A stretch of DNA of 64,000 bases. Origin: Eledone cirrhosa (lineage: Eukaryota). The notes under the pieces were generated by a model. The model was not told the origin of the DNA and did no database searches. It saw only the letters and a list, made by a program, of their open reading frames with translations. The position numbers were made by a program, and so were the translations under genes. Below are positions 1 through 12,207 of this stretch, piece after piece. Positions within the stretch are counted from its first letter, which is position 1, and every line of letters starts with the position of its first letter. Location: positions 130,758,001 to 130,822,000 of the forward strand of contig OZ024741.1 in NCBI GenBank assembly GCA_964016885.1. The letters are read 5' to 3'.

Positions 1-3000
1 TTATTGCCGTTGTTGTCGTTGTCATTATTGTTGTTGTTGCTGTCGTCGTTGTTATTGTTGTTATTGCCGTTGTTGTCGTTGTCATTATTGTCGTTGTTGC
101 TGTCGTCGTTGTTATTGTTGTTATTGCCGTTGTTTGTCGTTGTCATTATTGTTGTTGTTGCTGTCGTCGTTGTTATTGTTGTTATTGCCGTTGTTGTCGT
201 TGTCATTATTGTTGTTGTTGCTGTCGTCGTTGTTATTGTTTTTATTGCCGTTGTTGTCGTTGTCATTATTGTTGTTGTTGCTGTCGTCGTTGTTATTGTT
301 GTTATTGCCGTTGTTGTCGTTGTCATTATTGTCGTTGTTGCTGTCGTCGTTGTTATTGTTGTTATTGCCGTTGTTGTCGTTGTCATTATTGTTGTTGTTG
401 CTGTCGTCGTTGTTATTGTTGTTATTGCCGTTGTTGTCGTTGTCATTATTGTTGTTGTTGCTGTCGTCGTTGTTATTGTTGTTATTGCCGTTGTTGTCGT
501 TGTCATTATTGTTGTTGTTGCTGCCGTCGTTGTTATTGTTGTTGTTGCCGTTGTTCTCGTTGTCATTATTGTTGTTGTTGCTGTCGTCGTTGTTATTGTT
601 GTTATTGCCGTTGTTGTCGTTGTCATTATTCTTGTTGTTGCTGTCGTCGTTGTTATTGTTGTTATTGCCGTTGTTGTCGTTGTCATTATTGTTGTTGTTG
701 CTGTCGTCGTTGTTATTGTTGTTATTGCCGTTGTTGTCGTTGTCATTATTGTTGTTTTTGCTGTCGTCGTTGTTATCGTTGTTATTGCCGTTGTTGTCGT
801 TGTTATTGTTGTTGTTGTATCTGTCGTCGTTGTTATTGTTGTTATTGCCGTTGTTGTCGTTGTCATTGTAGTTGTTGTTGCTGTCGCCATTGTTATTGTT
901 GTTATTGCCGTTTTTGTCGTTGTCATTATTGTTGTTGTTGCTGTCATCATTGTTATTGTTGTTATTGTCGTTGTCATTATTGTTGTTGTTGCTGTCGTCA
1001 TTGTTATTATTGTTATTGCCGTTGTTGTCGATGTCATTATTGTTGTTGTTGCTGTCGTCGTTGTTATTGTTGTTATTGCCGTTGTTGTCGTTGTCATTAT
1101 TGTTGTTGTTGCTGTCGTCATTGTTATTGTTGTTATTGCCGTTGTTGTCGTTGTCATTATTGTTGTTGTTGCTGTCGTCGTTGTTATTTTTGTTATTGCC
1201 TTTGTTGTCGTTGTCATTATTGTTGTTGTTGTTGTTGCTGTCGTCGTTGTTATTGTTGTTATTGCCGTTGTTGTCGTTGTCACTATTGTTGTTGTTGCTG
1301 TCGTCATTGTTATTGTTGTTATTGCCGTTGTTGTCGTTGTCAATATTGTTGTTGTTGTTGCTGTCGTCATTGGTATTATTGTTATTCCCGTTGTTGTCGA
1401 TGTCATTATTGTTGTTGTTGCTGTCGTCGTTGTTTTTGTTGTTATTGCCGTTGTTGTCGTTGACATTATTTTTGTTGTTGCTCTCGTCATTGTTATTGTT
1501 GTTATTGCCGTTGTTGTCGTTGTCATTATTGTTGTTGTTGCTGTTGTCGTTGTTAGTGTTGTTATTGCCGTTGTTGTCGTTGTCATTATTGTTGTTGTTG
1601 TTGCTGTCGTCGTTGTTAATGTTGTTATTGCCGTTGTTGTCGTTGTCACTATTGTTGTTGTTGCTGTCGTCATTGTTATTGTTGTTATTGCCGTTGTTGT
1701 CGTTGTCATTATTGTTGTTTTTGTTGCTGTCGTCATTGTTATTATTATTATTCCCGTTGTTGTCGTTGTCATTATTGTTGTTGCTGCTGTCGTCGTTGTT
1801 TTTGTCGTTATTGCCGTTGTTGTCGTTGTCATTATTGTTGTTTTTGCTGTCCTCGTTGTTATCGTTGTTATTGCCGTTGTTGTCGTTGTCATCATTGTTG
1901 TTGTTGCTGTAGTCGTTGTTATTGTTGTTATTGCCGTTGTTGTCGTTGTCATTATTTTTGTTGTTGCTGTCGTCATTGTTATTGTTGTTATTGCCGTTGT
2001 TATCGTTGTCATTATTGTTGTTGTTGCTGTCGTCGTTGTTATTGTTGTTATTGCCGTTGTTGTCGTTATCATTATTGTTGTTGTTGTTGCTGTCGTCATT
2101 GTTATTGTTGTTATTGCCGTTGTTGTCGTTGTCATTATTGTTGTTGTTGCTGTCGTCATTGTTATTGTTCTTATTGCCGTTGTTGTCATTGTCATTATTG
2201 ATGTTGTTGTTGCTGTCGTCATTGTTATTGTTGTTATTGCCGTTGTTGTCGTTGTCATTATTTTTGTTGTTGCTGTCGTCATTGTTATTGTTGTTATTGC
2301 CGTTGTTATCGTTGTCATTATTGTTGTTGTTGCTGTCGTCGTTGTTATTGTTGTTATTGCCGTTGTTGTCGTTATCATTATTGTTGTTGTTGCTGTCGTC
2401 ATTGTTATTGTTGTTATTGCCGTTGTTGTCATTGTCATTATTGATGTTGTTGTTGCTGTCGTCATTGTTATTGTTGTTATTGCCGTTGTTGTCGGTGTCA
2501 TTATTGTTGCTGCTGTCGTCGTTGTTATTGTTGTTATTGCCGTTGTTGTCGTTGTCATTATTGTTGTTTTTGCTGTCGTCGTTGTTATCGTTGTTATTGC
2601 CGCTGTTGTCGTTGTCATTATTGTTGTTGTTGTTGTCGTCGTTGCTATTGTTGTTATTGCCGTTGTTGTCGTTGTCATTATTGTTGTTGTTGCTGTCGTC
2701 ATTGTTATTGTTGTTATTGCCGTTGTTGTCGTTGACATCATTTTTGTTGTTGCTCTCGTCATTGTTATTGTTGTTATTGCCGTTGTTGTCGTTGTCATTA
2801 TTGTTGTTTTTGCTGTCGTCGTTGTTATCGTTGTTATTGCCGTTGTTGTCGTTGTCATTATTGTTGTTGTTGCTGTCGTCGTTGTTATTGTTGTTATTGC
2901 CGTTGTTGTCGTTGTCATTATTGTTGTTGTTAGTGTCGTCATTGTTATTGCTGTTATTGCCGTTGTTGTCGTTATTATTATTGTTGTTGTTGTTGCTGTC

Positions 3001-6000
3001 GTCATTGTTATTATTGTTATTCCCGTTGTTGTCGATGTCATTATTGTTGTTGTTGCTGTCGTCGTTGTTATTGTTGTTATTGCCGTTGTTGTCGTTGTCA
3101 TTATTGTTGTTGTTGCTGTCGTCATTGTTATTGTTGTTATTGCCGTTGTTGTCATTGTCATTATTGTTGTTGTTGCTGTCGTCGTTGTTATTGTTGTTAT
3201 TGCCGTTGTTGTCGTTGTCATTATTGTTGTTTTTGCTGTCGTCGTTGTTATCGTTGTTATTGCCGTTGTTGTCGTTGTCATTATTGTTGTTGTTGTTGTC
3301 GTCGTTGTTATTGTTGTTATTGCCGTTGTTGTCGTTGTCATTATTGCTGTTGTTGCTGTCGTCGTTGTTATTGTTGTTATTGCCGTTGTTGTCGTTGTCA
3401 TTATTGTTGTTGTTGCTGTCGTCATTGTTATTATTGTTATTCCCGTTGTTGTCGATGTCATTATTGTTGTTGTTGCTGTCGTCGTTGTTATTGTTGTTAT
3501 TGCCGTTGTTGTCGTTGACATTATTTTTGTTGTTGCTGTCGTCATTGTTATTGTTGTTATTACCGTTGTTGTCGTTGTCATTATTGTTGTTGTTGCTGTC
3601 GTGGTTGTTATTGTTGTTATTGCCGTTGTTGTCGTTGTCATTATTGTTGTTGTTGTTGTCGTTATTGTTGTTGTTGTTGCTGTCGTCATTGTTATTGTTG
3701 TTATTGCCGTTGTTGTCGTTGTCATTATTGTTGTTGTTGCTGTCGTCGTTGTTATTGTTGTTATTGCCGTTGTTGTCGTTGTTATTATTGTTTTTCTTGC
3801 TGTCATCGCTGTTATTGTTGTTATTGCCGTTGTTGTCGTTGTCATTATTGTTGTTGTTGTTGTCGTTATTGTTGTTGTTGTTGCTGTCGTCATTGTTATT
3901 GTTGTTATTGCCGTTATTGTCGTTGTCATTATTGTTGTTGTTGCTGTCGTCGTTGTTATTGTTGTTATTGCCTTTGTTGTCGTTGTCATTATTGTTGTTG
4001 TTGCTGTCATCGTTGTTATTGTTGTTATTGCCGTTGTTGTCGTTGTCATTATTGTTGTTGTTGTTGTCGTTATTGTTGTTGCTGTCGTCATTGTTATTGT
4101 TGTTATTGCCGTTGTTGTCGTTGTCATTATTGTTGTTGTTGCTGTCGTCGTTCTTATTGTTATTGCCGTTGTTGTCGTTGTTATTGTTGTTGTTGTTGCT
4201 GCCGTCGTTGTTATTGTTGTTATTGCCGTTGTTGTCGTTGTCATTGTAGTTGTTGTTGCTGTCGTCATTGTTATTGTTGTTATTGCCGTTGTTGTCGTTG
4301 TCATTATTGTTGTTGTTGCTGTCGTCATTGTTATTGTAGTTATTGCCGTTGTTGTCGTTGTCATTATTGTTGTCATTATTGTTGTTGTTGCTGTCGTCAT
4401 TGTTATTGTTGTTATTGCCGTTGTTGTCGTTGTTATTGTTGTTATTGCCGTTGTTGTCGTTGTCATTATTGTTGTTGTTGTTGCTGTCGTCATTGGTATT
4501 GTTGTTATTGCCGTTGTTGTCGTTGTTATTATTGTTGTTGTTGCTGTCGTCATTGTTATTGTTGTTATTGCCGTTGTTGTCGTTGTCATTATTGTTGTTG
4601 TTGCTGTCATCGTTGTTATTGTTGTTATTGCCGTTGGTGTCGTTGTCATTATTCTTGTTGTTGTTGCTGTCGTCATTGTTATTGTTGTTATTGCCGTTGT
4701 TGTCGTTGTCATTATTGTTGTTGTTGCTGTCGTCGTTGTTATTGTTGTTATTGCCGTTGTTGTCGTTGTCATTATTGTTGCTGTTGCTTTCGTCATTGTT
4801 ATTGTTGTTATTGCCGTTGTTGTCGTTGTCATTATTGTTGTTGTTGTTGCTGTCGTCATTGTTATTGTTGTTATTGCCATTATTGTCGTTGTCATTATTG
4901 TTGTTGTTGCTGTCGTCGTTGTTATTGTTGTTATTGCCGTTGTTGTCGTTGTCATTATTGTTGTTGTTGCTCTCGTCATTGTTATTGTTGTTATTGCCGT
5001 TGTTGTCGTTGTCATTATTGTTGTTGTTGCCCTCGTCATTGTTATTGTTGTTATTGCCGTTGTTGTCGTTGTTATTATTGTTGTTGTTGCTGTCGTCATT
5101 GTTATTGTTGTTATTGCCGTTGTCGTCGTTGTTATTGTTGTTATTGCCGTTGTTGTCGTTGTCATTATTGTTGTTGTTGCTGTCGTCATTGTTATTGTTG
5201 TTATTGCCTTTGTTGTCGTTGTCATTATTGCTGTTGTTGCTGTCGTCGTTGTTATTGTTGTTATTGCCGTTGTTGTCGTTGTCATTATTGTTGTTGTTGC
5301 TGTCATCGTTGTTATTGTTGTTATTGCCGTTGTTGTCGTTGTCATTATTGTTGTTGTTGCTGTCGTCGTTGTCATTGTTGTTATTGCCGTCGTTGTCGTT
5401 GTCATTATTGTTGTTGTTGCTGTCGTCGTTGTTATTGTTGTTATTGCCGTTGTTGTCGTTGTCATTATTGTTGTTGTTGCTGTCGTCGTTGTTATTGTTG
5501 TTATTGCCGTTGTTGTCGTTGTCATTATTGTTGTTGTTGCTGTCGTCGTTGTTATTGTTGTTATTGCCGTTGTTGTCGTTGTCATTATTGTTGTTGTTGC
5601 TGTCGTCGTTGTTATTGTTGTTATTGCCGTTGTTGTCGTTGTCATTATTGTTGTTGTTGCTGTCGTCGTTGTTATTGTTGTTATTGCCGTTGTTGTCGTT
5701 GTCATTATTGTCGTTATTGCTGTCGTCGTTGTTATTGTTGTTATTGCCGTTGTTTGTCGTTGTCAATATTGTTGTTGTTGCTGTCGTCGTTGTTATTGTT
5801 GTTATTGCCGTTGTTGTCGTTGTCATTATTGTTGTTGTTGCTGTCGTCGTTGTTATTGTTGTTATTGCCGTTGTTGTCGTTGTCATTATTGTTGTTGTTG
5901 CTGTCGTCGTTGTTATTGTTGTTATTGCCGTTGTTGTCGTTGTCATTATTGTCGTTGTTGCTGTCGTCGTTGTTATTGTTGTTATTGCCGTTGTTGTCGC

Positions 6001-6214
6001 TGTCATTATTGTTGTTGTTGCTGTCGTCGTTGTTATTGTTGTTATTGCCGTTGTTGTCGTTGTTATTATTGTTGTTGTTGCTGTCGTCGTTGTTATTGTT
6101 GTTATTGCCGTTGTTGTCGTTGTCATTATTGTTGTTGTTGCTGTCGTCGTTGTTATTGTTGTTATTGCCGTTGTTGTCATTGTCATTATTGTTGTTGTTG
6201 CTGTCGTCGTTGTT
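1..6214. repeat. Tandem array of a 60-bp unit (gttattgccgttgttgtcgttgtcattattgttgttgttgctgtcgtcgttgttattgtt) built from GTT/ATT/GTC triplets; ~100 copies; runs off the window start
   Basis: 60-bp periodicity is directly visible. Nearly all indels are multiples of 3, except +1 insertions at ~134 and ~5754. The ends are homogeneous and the middle is more diverged. Confidence 0.97.
121..6186 (-). CDS. Possible low-complexity Asn/Asp-rich repeat protein (NNGNNNNNNDDSNNNNNDND)n; more likely a by-product of the satellite
   Basis: 2021-aa ORF in the track, but several frames of the array are open. There is no signal peptide or unique domain, and the frame switches from Thr-rich to Asn-rich at a 1-bp insertion. 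Confidence 0.12.
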   Translation of the reverse strand: MTMTTTAITTITTTTATTTIMTTTTTAITTITTTTATTTIITTTTTAITTITTTTATTTIMTATTTAITTITTTTATTTIMTTTTTAITTITTTTATTTIMTTTTTAITTITTTTATTTIMTTTTTAITTITTTTATTTILTTTNNGNNNNNNDDSNNDNNDNDNNGNNNNNNDDSNNNNNDNDNNGNNNNNNDDSNNNNNDNDNNGNNNNNNDDSNNNNNDNDNNGNNNNNNDDSNNNNNDNDNNGNNNNNNDDSNNNNNDNDNDGNNNNDNDDSNNNNNDNDNNGNNNNNNDDSNNNNNDNDNNGNNNNNNDDSNNSNNDNDNKGNNNNNNDDSNNNNNDNDNNGNNNNNNDDNGNNNNNNDDSNNNNNNNDNNGNNNNNNDEGNNNNNDNDNNGNNNNNNDESNNNNNDNDNNGNNNNNNDDSNNNNNDNDNNGNNNNNNDDSNNNNNNDNDNNGNNNNNNDESNSNNNDNDNNGNNNNNNDDSNNNNNDNDNNGNNNNNNDDSNNNKNNDNDTNGNNNNNNDDSNNNNNDNDNNGNNNNNNDDSNNNNNNNDNNGNNNNTNDDSNNNNNNDNDNNGNNNNNNDNNGNNNNNNDDSNNNNNDNNNDNDNNGNNYNNNDDSNNNNNDNDNNGNNNNNNDDSNNNYNDNDNNGNNNNNNDGSNNNNNNNDNNGNNNKNDDSNNNNNDNDNNGNNNNNNDDSNNNNDNNNNNNDNDNNGNNNNNNDDSNNNNNDNDNKGNNNNNNDDSNNNNNDNDNNGNNNNNNDDSNNNNNNDNNNNNNDNDNNGNNNNNSDDSKKNNNNNDNNGNNNNNNDDSNNNNNDNDNNGNNNNNNDDSNNNNNNDNNNNNNDNDNNGNNNNNNHDSNNNNNDNDNNGNNNNNNDDSNNKNNVNDNNGNNNNNNDDSNNNNNDIDNNGNNNNNNDDSNNNNNDNDNNGNNNNNNDDSNNSNNDNDNNGNNNNNNDDNNNNNNDNDNNGNNNDNNDDSKNNNNDNDNNGNNNNNNDDSNNNNNDNDNNGNNNNNNDDSNNNNNDNDNNGNNNNNNDDSNNNNNDIDNNGNNNNNNDDSNNNNNNNNDNNGNNSNNNDDTNNNNNDNDNNGNNNNNNDDSNNNNNDNDNNGNNNDNNDDSKNNNNDNDNNGNNNNNNDESNNKNDVNDNNGNNNNNNDDSNNNNNDNDNNGNNNNSNDDNNNNNNDNDNSGNNNDNNDDSKNNNNDNDNNGNNNNNNDDSSNNNDTDNNGNNNNNNDDSNNNINNDNDNNGNNNNNNDDSNNNNNDNDNNGNNNNNNDDSNNNNNDNDNNGNNNNNNDDSNNKNNDNDNNGNNNNNNDDSNNNINNDNDNNGNKNNNNDDSNNNNNDNDNNGNNNNNNDDSNNNNNNDNDNNGNNNNNNDDSNNNNNDNDNNGNNNNNNDDSNNKNNDNDNNGNNNNNNDYSNNNNDDNDNNGNNNDNNEDSKNNNNDNDNNGNNDKNNDDSSNNNNDNDNNGNNNNNNDDSNKNNNNDNDNNGNNNNNNDDSNNNNSDNDNNGNNNINNDDSNNNNNNDNDNNGNNNTNNDNSNNNNNDNDNNGNNNNNNDESNNKNNVNDNNGNNNKNNDDSNNNNNDIDNNGNNNNTNDDSNNNNNIDNDNNGNNNNNNDDSNNNNSDNDNNGNNNNNNDDSNNNNNNNDNDNKGNNKNNNDDSNNNNNDNDNNGNNNNNNDDSNNNNNDNDNNGNNNNNNDDSNNNNNDIDNNGNNNNNNDDSNNNNNDNDNNNNNNDDSNNNNNDNDKNGNNNNNNGDSNNNYNDNDNNGNNNNNNDDRYNNNNNNDNNGNNNDNNDDSKNNNNDNDNNGNNNNNNDDSNNNNNDNDNNGNNNNNNDDSNNKNNDNDNNGNNNNNNDDSNNNNNDNENNGNNNNNNDGSNNNNNDNDNNGNNNNNNDDSNNNNNDNDNNGNNNNNNDDSNNNNNDNDNNGNNNNNNDDSNNDNNDNDNNGNNNNNNDDSNNNNNDNDNNGNKNNNNDDSNNNNNDNDNNGNNNNNNDDSNNNNNDNDKQRQ

Positions 6215-6351
6215 CGTTAATCACAAATATTTTTCTCTATTCTTTGTCTCCTCAAATTCTGTCATTCCGCTGTTATTGCGTTGACATAAGAATTGTTTAA
6301 TTGAATCTGGCATTTCAAATAGTCAAAACACAATTAGAAACACATACTTGC

Positions 6352-6916
<565 letters not shown>

Positions 6917-7129
6917 TGCGTAGGCTGGTTTATGGCATTTTTTCACAGCTAACAGCAAAATATACGTCAAAACACCAGAACTAAACAACGAAAAAATATC
7001 TAAGAATTCTGCAGAAACATTGAATGCAATCGCTGTGGCGGAACTTAGGAATTGTCATTTACTTAGAAAACTCTCTTACTTCTTAATGTCCTACACCACA
7101 TGAAACCACATTAACAAGACATTCTTGAA

Positions 7130-8120
7130 AAGTTCAAAGCTACATTAAGACTGCGTCACATTAAAAATGAATGTCTTTAATCTAATACTATGAGGTTTTG
7201 CTACTATAGACATTTGAATTAGTTAAGCCATTAAAAAATATTTTCTGCTAAATAATTTCACTATTAAGAGTTAAACTTCATGATGTTGTTAGTCTCTTCC
7301 AGAATTAAATGAACTAAGATTAATCTCAGAATAAGCTAGACACATGAAACCCCTTACTAAAAATGCAGCTTTGAATAATTTTGCCGGCAAATGGCAAGAA
7401 AAACCACTTCATGGTAAATACCCAGAGAGAGTGAGAGAGGGCTAACAAGGCTAACATTGACAAACCTCTCACCCATCAGTGGTTAATATCCTTTGGCTTA
7501 AAATCAAAGAGAGAGAGTGAGAGATTTATCATAGCTGTCCAAGATCAAGGCCTGTCTACAAGGATTTATCAGACCAGCATCCCAAAGAAGGTCAGCAGCC
7601 CAATATGTCGAGTATGTAAACCACAGCCTGAAGCCATCGGTCATATTGTCTTTATCTGTAGTTTTCGTGCACCCAGAGTGTATCTCAACATGCATGAGAG
7701 AGCTGCATCGTATATCCACTGTATAATTTGCAAGGACCTAGACCTGCACTAGCATAAAAAACTGGATGGAAAGCAAACCACCTCCAGTGATTAAAAAAGA
7801 TCATATATCACTCCTATGGCCTAGGCCAGACATTATATTGAAGGATTTCAAACAAAAATCATGTCTTCTCGTTGACAAGACTGTCCCAATTGATATAAAT
7901 GTATGTCAAGTTCTACCGAAAATGAACAAAGAACTGAAATAGAAATTGGCAAAGAATGGGAACTCATGACTAAAACAATACCCGTCGTTGTATGTGCCTT
8001 AAGAATAATAACAACAGAATAGGTGCCTTAAGAATAATAATCCATAGGAATCCCAAAATATAAGAAAATAGTGCTCATTGGGACTCCTCATTTCCTACGA
8101 AAAACACTGCCTGTGTAAAT
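7130..8120 (+). mobile_element. Degraded 3' part of an R4/Dong-like non-LTR retrotransposon (REL endonuclease)
   Basis: Fragmentary translations KPLHGKYPER (~7401), AVQDQGL (~7534), CRVC zinc-finger remnant (~7605) and RPDIILKD (~7823), with many stops and frameshifts. Confidence 0.7.
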
Positions 8121-8452
8121 CCAAAACAATTTGTTCACATATTATGAAAAGTACTTTTAAATGTACATAATAGCAAAAACAACTTTTAGCATTATTTTAG
8201 CACTAAACAACAACTGTTAAACAAACTTTTAATTTTCGTACGTATTAACAGACATTTTCTTGAACAACGTTTTCTTACTAATACACAATGCATACAATTA
8301 AATTTCAAATCCCTATCACATTTTCCCCTCAAAACCTGACAATTATCAACCATTCTAGTCATAATGTCCTCTTGAACTTATAACTTGCTGTCTATTGAGG
8401 TCTCGAGTGAAACTCTGAGACAGCTCGTACAAACACAAGGCAAAATGGAAAC

Positions 8453-8453
<1 letters not shown>

Positions 8454-8511
<58 letters not shown>
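8454..8511. repeat. (AAT)n microsatellite at the 3' junction of the Tx1 element
   Basis: Directly visible; a matching (AAT)n lies at 14429-14459 on the other side. Confidence 0.95.
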
Positions 8512-8513
<2 letters not shown>

Positions 8514-8754
8514 TTTCTTTATTAACCACAAGGGTTCACATAAAGTAGACATTAAGGACAGTACAGGACAATACAGGACGGTACAAATGGGCATTTCTGC
8601 GTGTAAAAAAACAGAGGTTGAAATAAAATAACAAAGAAAAATTCCCCAATAGGGGGGAGACTTCCAAGGGACATTTATGGAGAAAGCCCATTAAAAGACC
8701 ACAGTGGCCCTGACCACCAGGGCAAGTGCCCTCTCCCAGTTTTCCACCTTTAAT

Positions 8755-11700
8755 TTACAGACACATACTCAGAGAAGGCCCATTCATTCGGGCCATACTT
8801 GCTTCTCTCACCCATCTTTCAACAAAATGCTGGGAAGAGAGCACTTCCCTCTCTACCCTGATTTTTCTTTTCAAATGAAATTTGAAAAAGTTAATCAGGG
8901 CATCACCGAAGAGGTAAGTGCTCGTCTTCAGCCCTTTCAAACGTGTCCACCATACTATCTCTTTCGCCATGGCCACCAGACAGATAAAAACTGCCTGCCC
9001 TTCCAGGCTAAAGGAAGGGGGCGGGGCAATCCTCACGATGGACTCAGCTGATAGCTGGATCCGTCCTACACGTGACAGCAGGTGTTCGACATAAACCCAC
9101 AAGTCAGCAATGCTCGGACACTGGACGAGTGCGTGCAGGACGGTTTCGTCGCCCTGCGCGCATCTCGGACATGCCCGGCTGACGGCACCTCCATGCCTGT
9201 AAAGTTTATCCCGAACTGGCAAAGCACCCCGGTAGCACTGCCAGGCCAGCGATTTCTGGAAGTTGTCCATAGGCCCCGGCCCGAAAGTCATTCCGAAGAG
9301 ATTGGCTAGTTGATTTTCGTCGACGCCTAGAGTTTCTCCAAGTACGTCGTCGCTCTTCCCCTCCACTAATCCCCTATAGAACGCCAAGGTGGAGTTTCCA
9401 CCGATCACAATTCCCGATTGGTCGAGGGCTGTGAGCGCCTGAAGACATTCCAGTCTCCAAGCGCTCCCTCTCGGTCTTCGCTTGACCCAGGACTGCAGCT
9501 CCGTCAAGGAGACGAGCTGGGGAAAAACGCGTCTAGCAAACGGCGACCACACCTGATCACCGTCGAAGAAGAGGTGGAGATGTCGTAGCCTGAGCGCGTG
9601 TCTGCGCATCATCAGCCACGGCATGCCCAGCCCTCCACGTAGCGGGTGTTGACAGCAGATGGACCGCCTGACCATCGGGGCGCGTCCCTTCCACAAGAAG
9701 CGAAAGAGCAAACGCTCCAGCACAGTCAGGCGGGGCTTAGGACAAGGTACGACGGTCAGGCGGTAGTAGATGACGTACGCGATGTACGCGTTAGCCACCT
9801 CCGCTCGACCTTTCAGGGATAGCTTCCTCTCAGCTCATTTCTGGGTGAGAGAAGCCACCCTGCTCGTCACCTCGTCCCAGTTTTTGTCCGTCTGGAGGTC
9901 TGGACCGAACCAAACCCCTAGCAATTTAACCGGTCCGTCCGTCCAGCGCCCGACGACGCTGTTGGACGGCATGGACCTGCCTCTCCAGGTGCCGAGCTGC
10001 AGGCCCACTGACTTTTCCTGGTTGATCATTGCTCCTGCCACCGCTTCGTATTCTCTTAGTGTAGTGTCGATCGCCTCGATGTGTTTGGCGTTCGACACCA
10101 CTACGGTGACATCGTCGGCATATGCTGACACGGATCTTCCGCATCCTAGTTCGCGCGGGACCCCCCTCAACGTCTCCAGTTTGTGCAGTAATGGCTCGAG
10201 AGTCAATACGTACAATAGGGACGAGAGGGGACATCCTTGGCGGACTGAGCGCATGATGTTGAACGGTTCCGAAAGGTGACCGTTCACTCTCACTACAGAG
10301 CAGATGTCGCTGTGCATGGCAGCGATCCAGCCTCTGAAGACGGGCCCAAAGCCAGCCGCCCTCAGGACTGCCGATAGGTAACGATGGTCGACCCTATCGA
10401 AGGCTTTCGACTGATCTAAATTGATCAAAGACCCACCCGTGCCAGGTTCCCTAGCTACCCTCTCTACGATGTATCGCATGAGGTGGAGGTTGTCGTGGAT
10501 GTATCTGTCGGGAATGGCGCATGTCTGTGCCTCTCCCACCAGACCACCAACGACAAGCGCCAACCTGTTTGCTAGCACCTTGGCCAAAATCTTGAACTCT
10601 GTGTTTAGCAGAGTTATGGGCCTAAAATTATCTATGTTATCCCCCTTGTTCGGATCCTTTCTCAGCAGCGCCACTGCTCCTCGGCTCACAGAGCTGGGAA
10701 TTCTCCCGTTCTGTTGCCAGTTGCAGTAGACGTCCGCCAAGAGGCCTCCGAACAAGTCTGGCATTTGTACGTAAAGTTCATAGGGCAGACCATCCAAACC
10801 AAGCGATTTACCCCTTGTGCAACTAGTCATTGCATCCCGTACTTCAGCGGTTGTTATCGGCTTTTCGCAACACTCCGCCTCAGTGGCCGAAAGACGCGGC
10901 AGTCCGTCGAGGTAGACACTAAAGTCCATCCCTCGATCCGGCCCGCCACTGCCCCCGAACAGTTGAGCGAAGTGTCGCTGAAAAGCTTCACACATTTGCC
11001 CAGGATCGAGTAGCATGCGCCCGTCGTGGTCCACCAAAGACCGGATCGTGGCTTTGTTGCCACGACGCGCCTCCGCCACTCGGGCCCATTGAACGGCTTT
11101 CGTCCCCTCGTGTCTGAGACCACGCACCCTAGCTCTGACAACGCAGCCTTCGTGCTTTGCATTGAAGAATTGGTCAAGGACAATTTCGCCGCAAGTACGT
11201 CGGTCGCGATGCCTTTGCTAAGCGCCTCATCTAATTTTCTAACTAATTCTCCCTCTGCTCTATTTTTCTCTCTTGCTAAAGTCTTACTAAACCTAATGGA
11301 ATCTATTCTAATTGCTCTTTTCAGAGCAAACCACCACTTGTTGTTGACGATGGCCCCCGTCAACGCCCGCTTAACTAGTTCGCTAATCCGGTCTCTGTAG
11401 GCCTTGCGCGCTGGTAAGGACGCGTTTAGCTTCCAGTAGCCGGGTCCTCGTCTATGAAGCCTATCTAAGTCAAGCACACAGATCACGAATTTGTGGTCCG
11501 TGTAGCTGACTATCTTGAATTGTGGACAGCCTATGCTAGACCTATCTATTTCCCTACAAAATACTCTATCTAGATATGATCTGGATGACCCTATGCGATT
11601 TGTCCAAGTCCACATTGGTACATTCGGGAAATCCATTCGGTTCCTGTCAGACAGTTCAAAACGTCTGAGCAGGTTGGTGAGACTCTTTCACCCTCCTTCC

Positions 11701-12173
11701 CTATCCACTAATCCCACACAATCCCAGCGTGCATCTAAGATCCCGTTCCAGTCGCCCACTAACACTAAAGAGCGGGACGTTCGAAGAAAGGTCTCCAGAC
11801 GCCGGAAGAAATCAGGCCGCCCTGCTCCTGTCGGGGCATAGACCGCCACTAACCTGAAAGCTTGCCCGTCTCCGCTGGTCACGTCCAGCACCACCAACTT
11901 ACCTTCTGGGTCCAGGAAGATGGCTCGTATGGTAAGATCCAAACCTCTCCGAAAAAGCACAGCAACTCCTCCCCCCGATCCCGGACGGCTGGGAGATGCG
12001 TACACATCGTAGCCGCCGAAGATCGGTGCGAAAGCCTGTGCTTCGGAGATTCTGGTCTCGCTGATGGCCACTACATCTATGTTTAGTGAACTGAGGTCGT
12101 TGAGCAGGGGGCCCTGCTTCCATGACGACCCCAAGCCACGCGCATTTATGCTGCCTATTCTGAGTGAGGTCAT
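8755..12173 (-). pseudogene. LINE ORF2 (APE endonuclease + reverse transcriptase + zf-RVT-like CCHC), disrupted
   Basis: APE motifs SINARGL, ISET, VYAP, GDWN, SYLDR and TDH; RT motifs FRPITLLN, LDQSKAFDRV, VRQGCPLS and YADD; CPRC..H..C. In-frame stops at 11688-11690 and 9835-9837, and one frameshift near 11175. Confidence 0.92.
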
Positions 12174-12207
12174 GTTGAAAAGGAGTGGAAAAGATGGGAA
12201 AGACCAC

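Noticed and set aside
1-6214. CRISPR-like periodicity (also the 71-bp repeat at 56385)
   Set aside because: The units are contiguous with no unique spacers, there are no cas genes, and the context is eukaryotic.
6221-6223. TGA as selenocysteine or readthrough joining the upstream ORF to the Asn repeats
   Set aside because: An in-frame arrangement has a 1-in-3 chance, and no SECIS or readthrough context is visible.
4-6300. 2098-aa Val/Ile-rich and several Leu/Ser-rich plus-strand ORFs
   Set aside because: They are translations of a GTT-based satellite, giving an implausible all-hydrophobic product with no ATG-led unique sequence.
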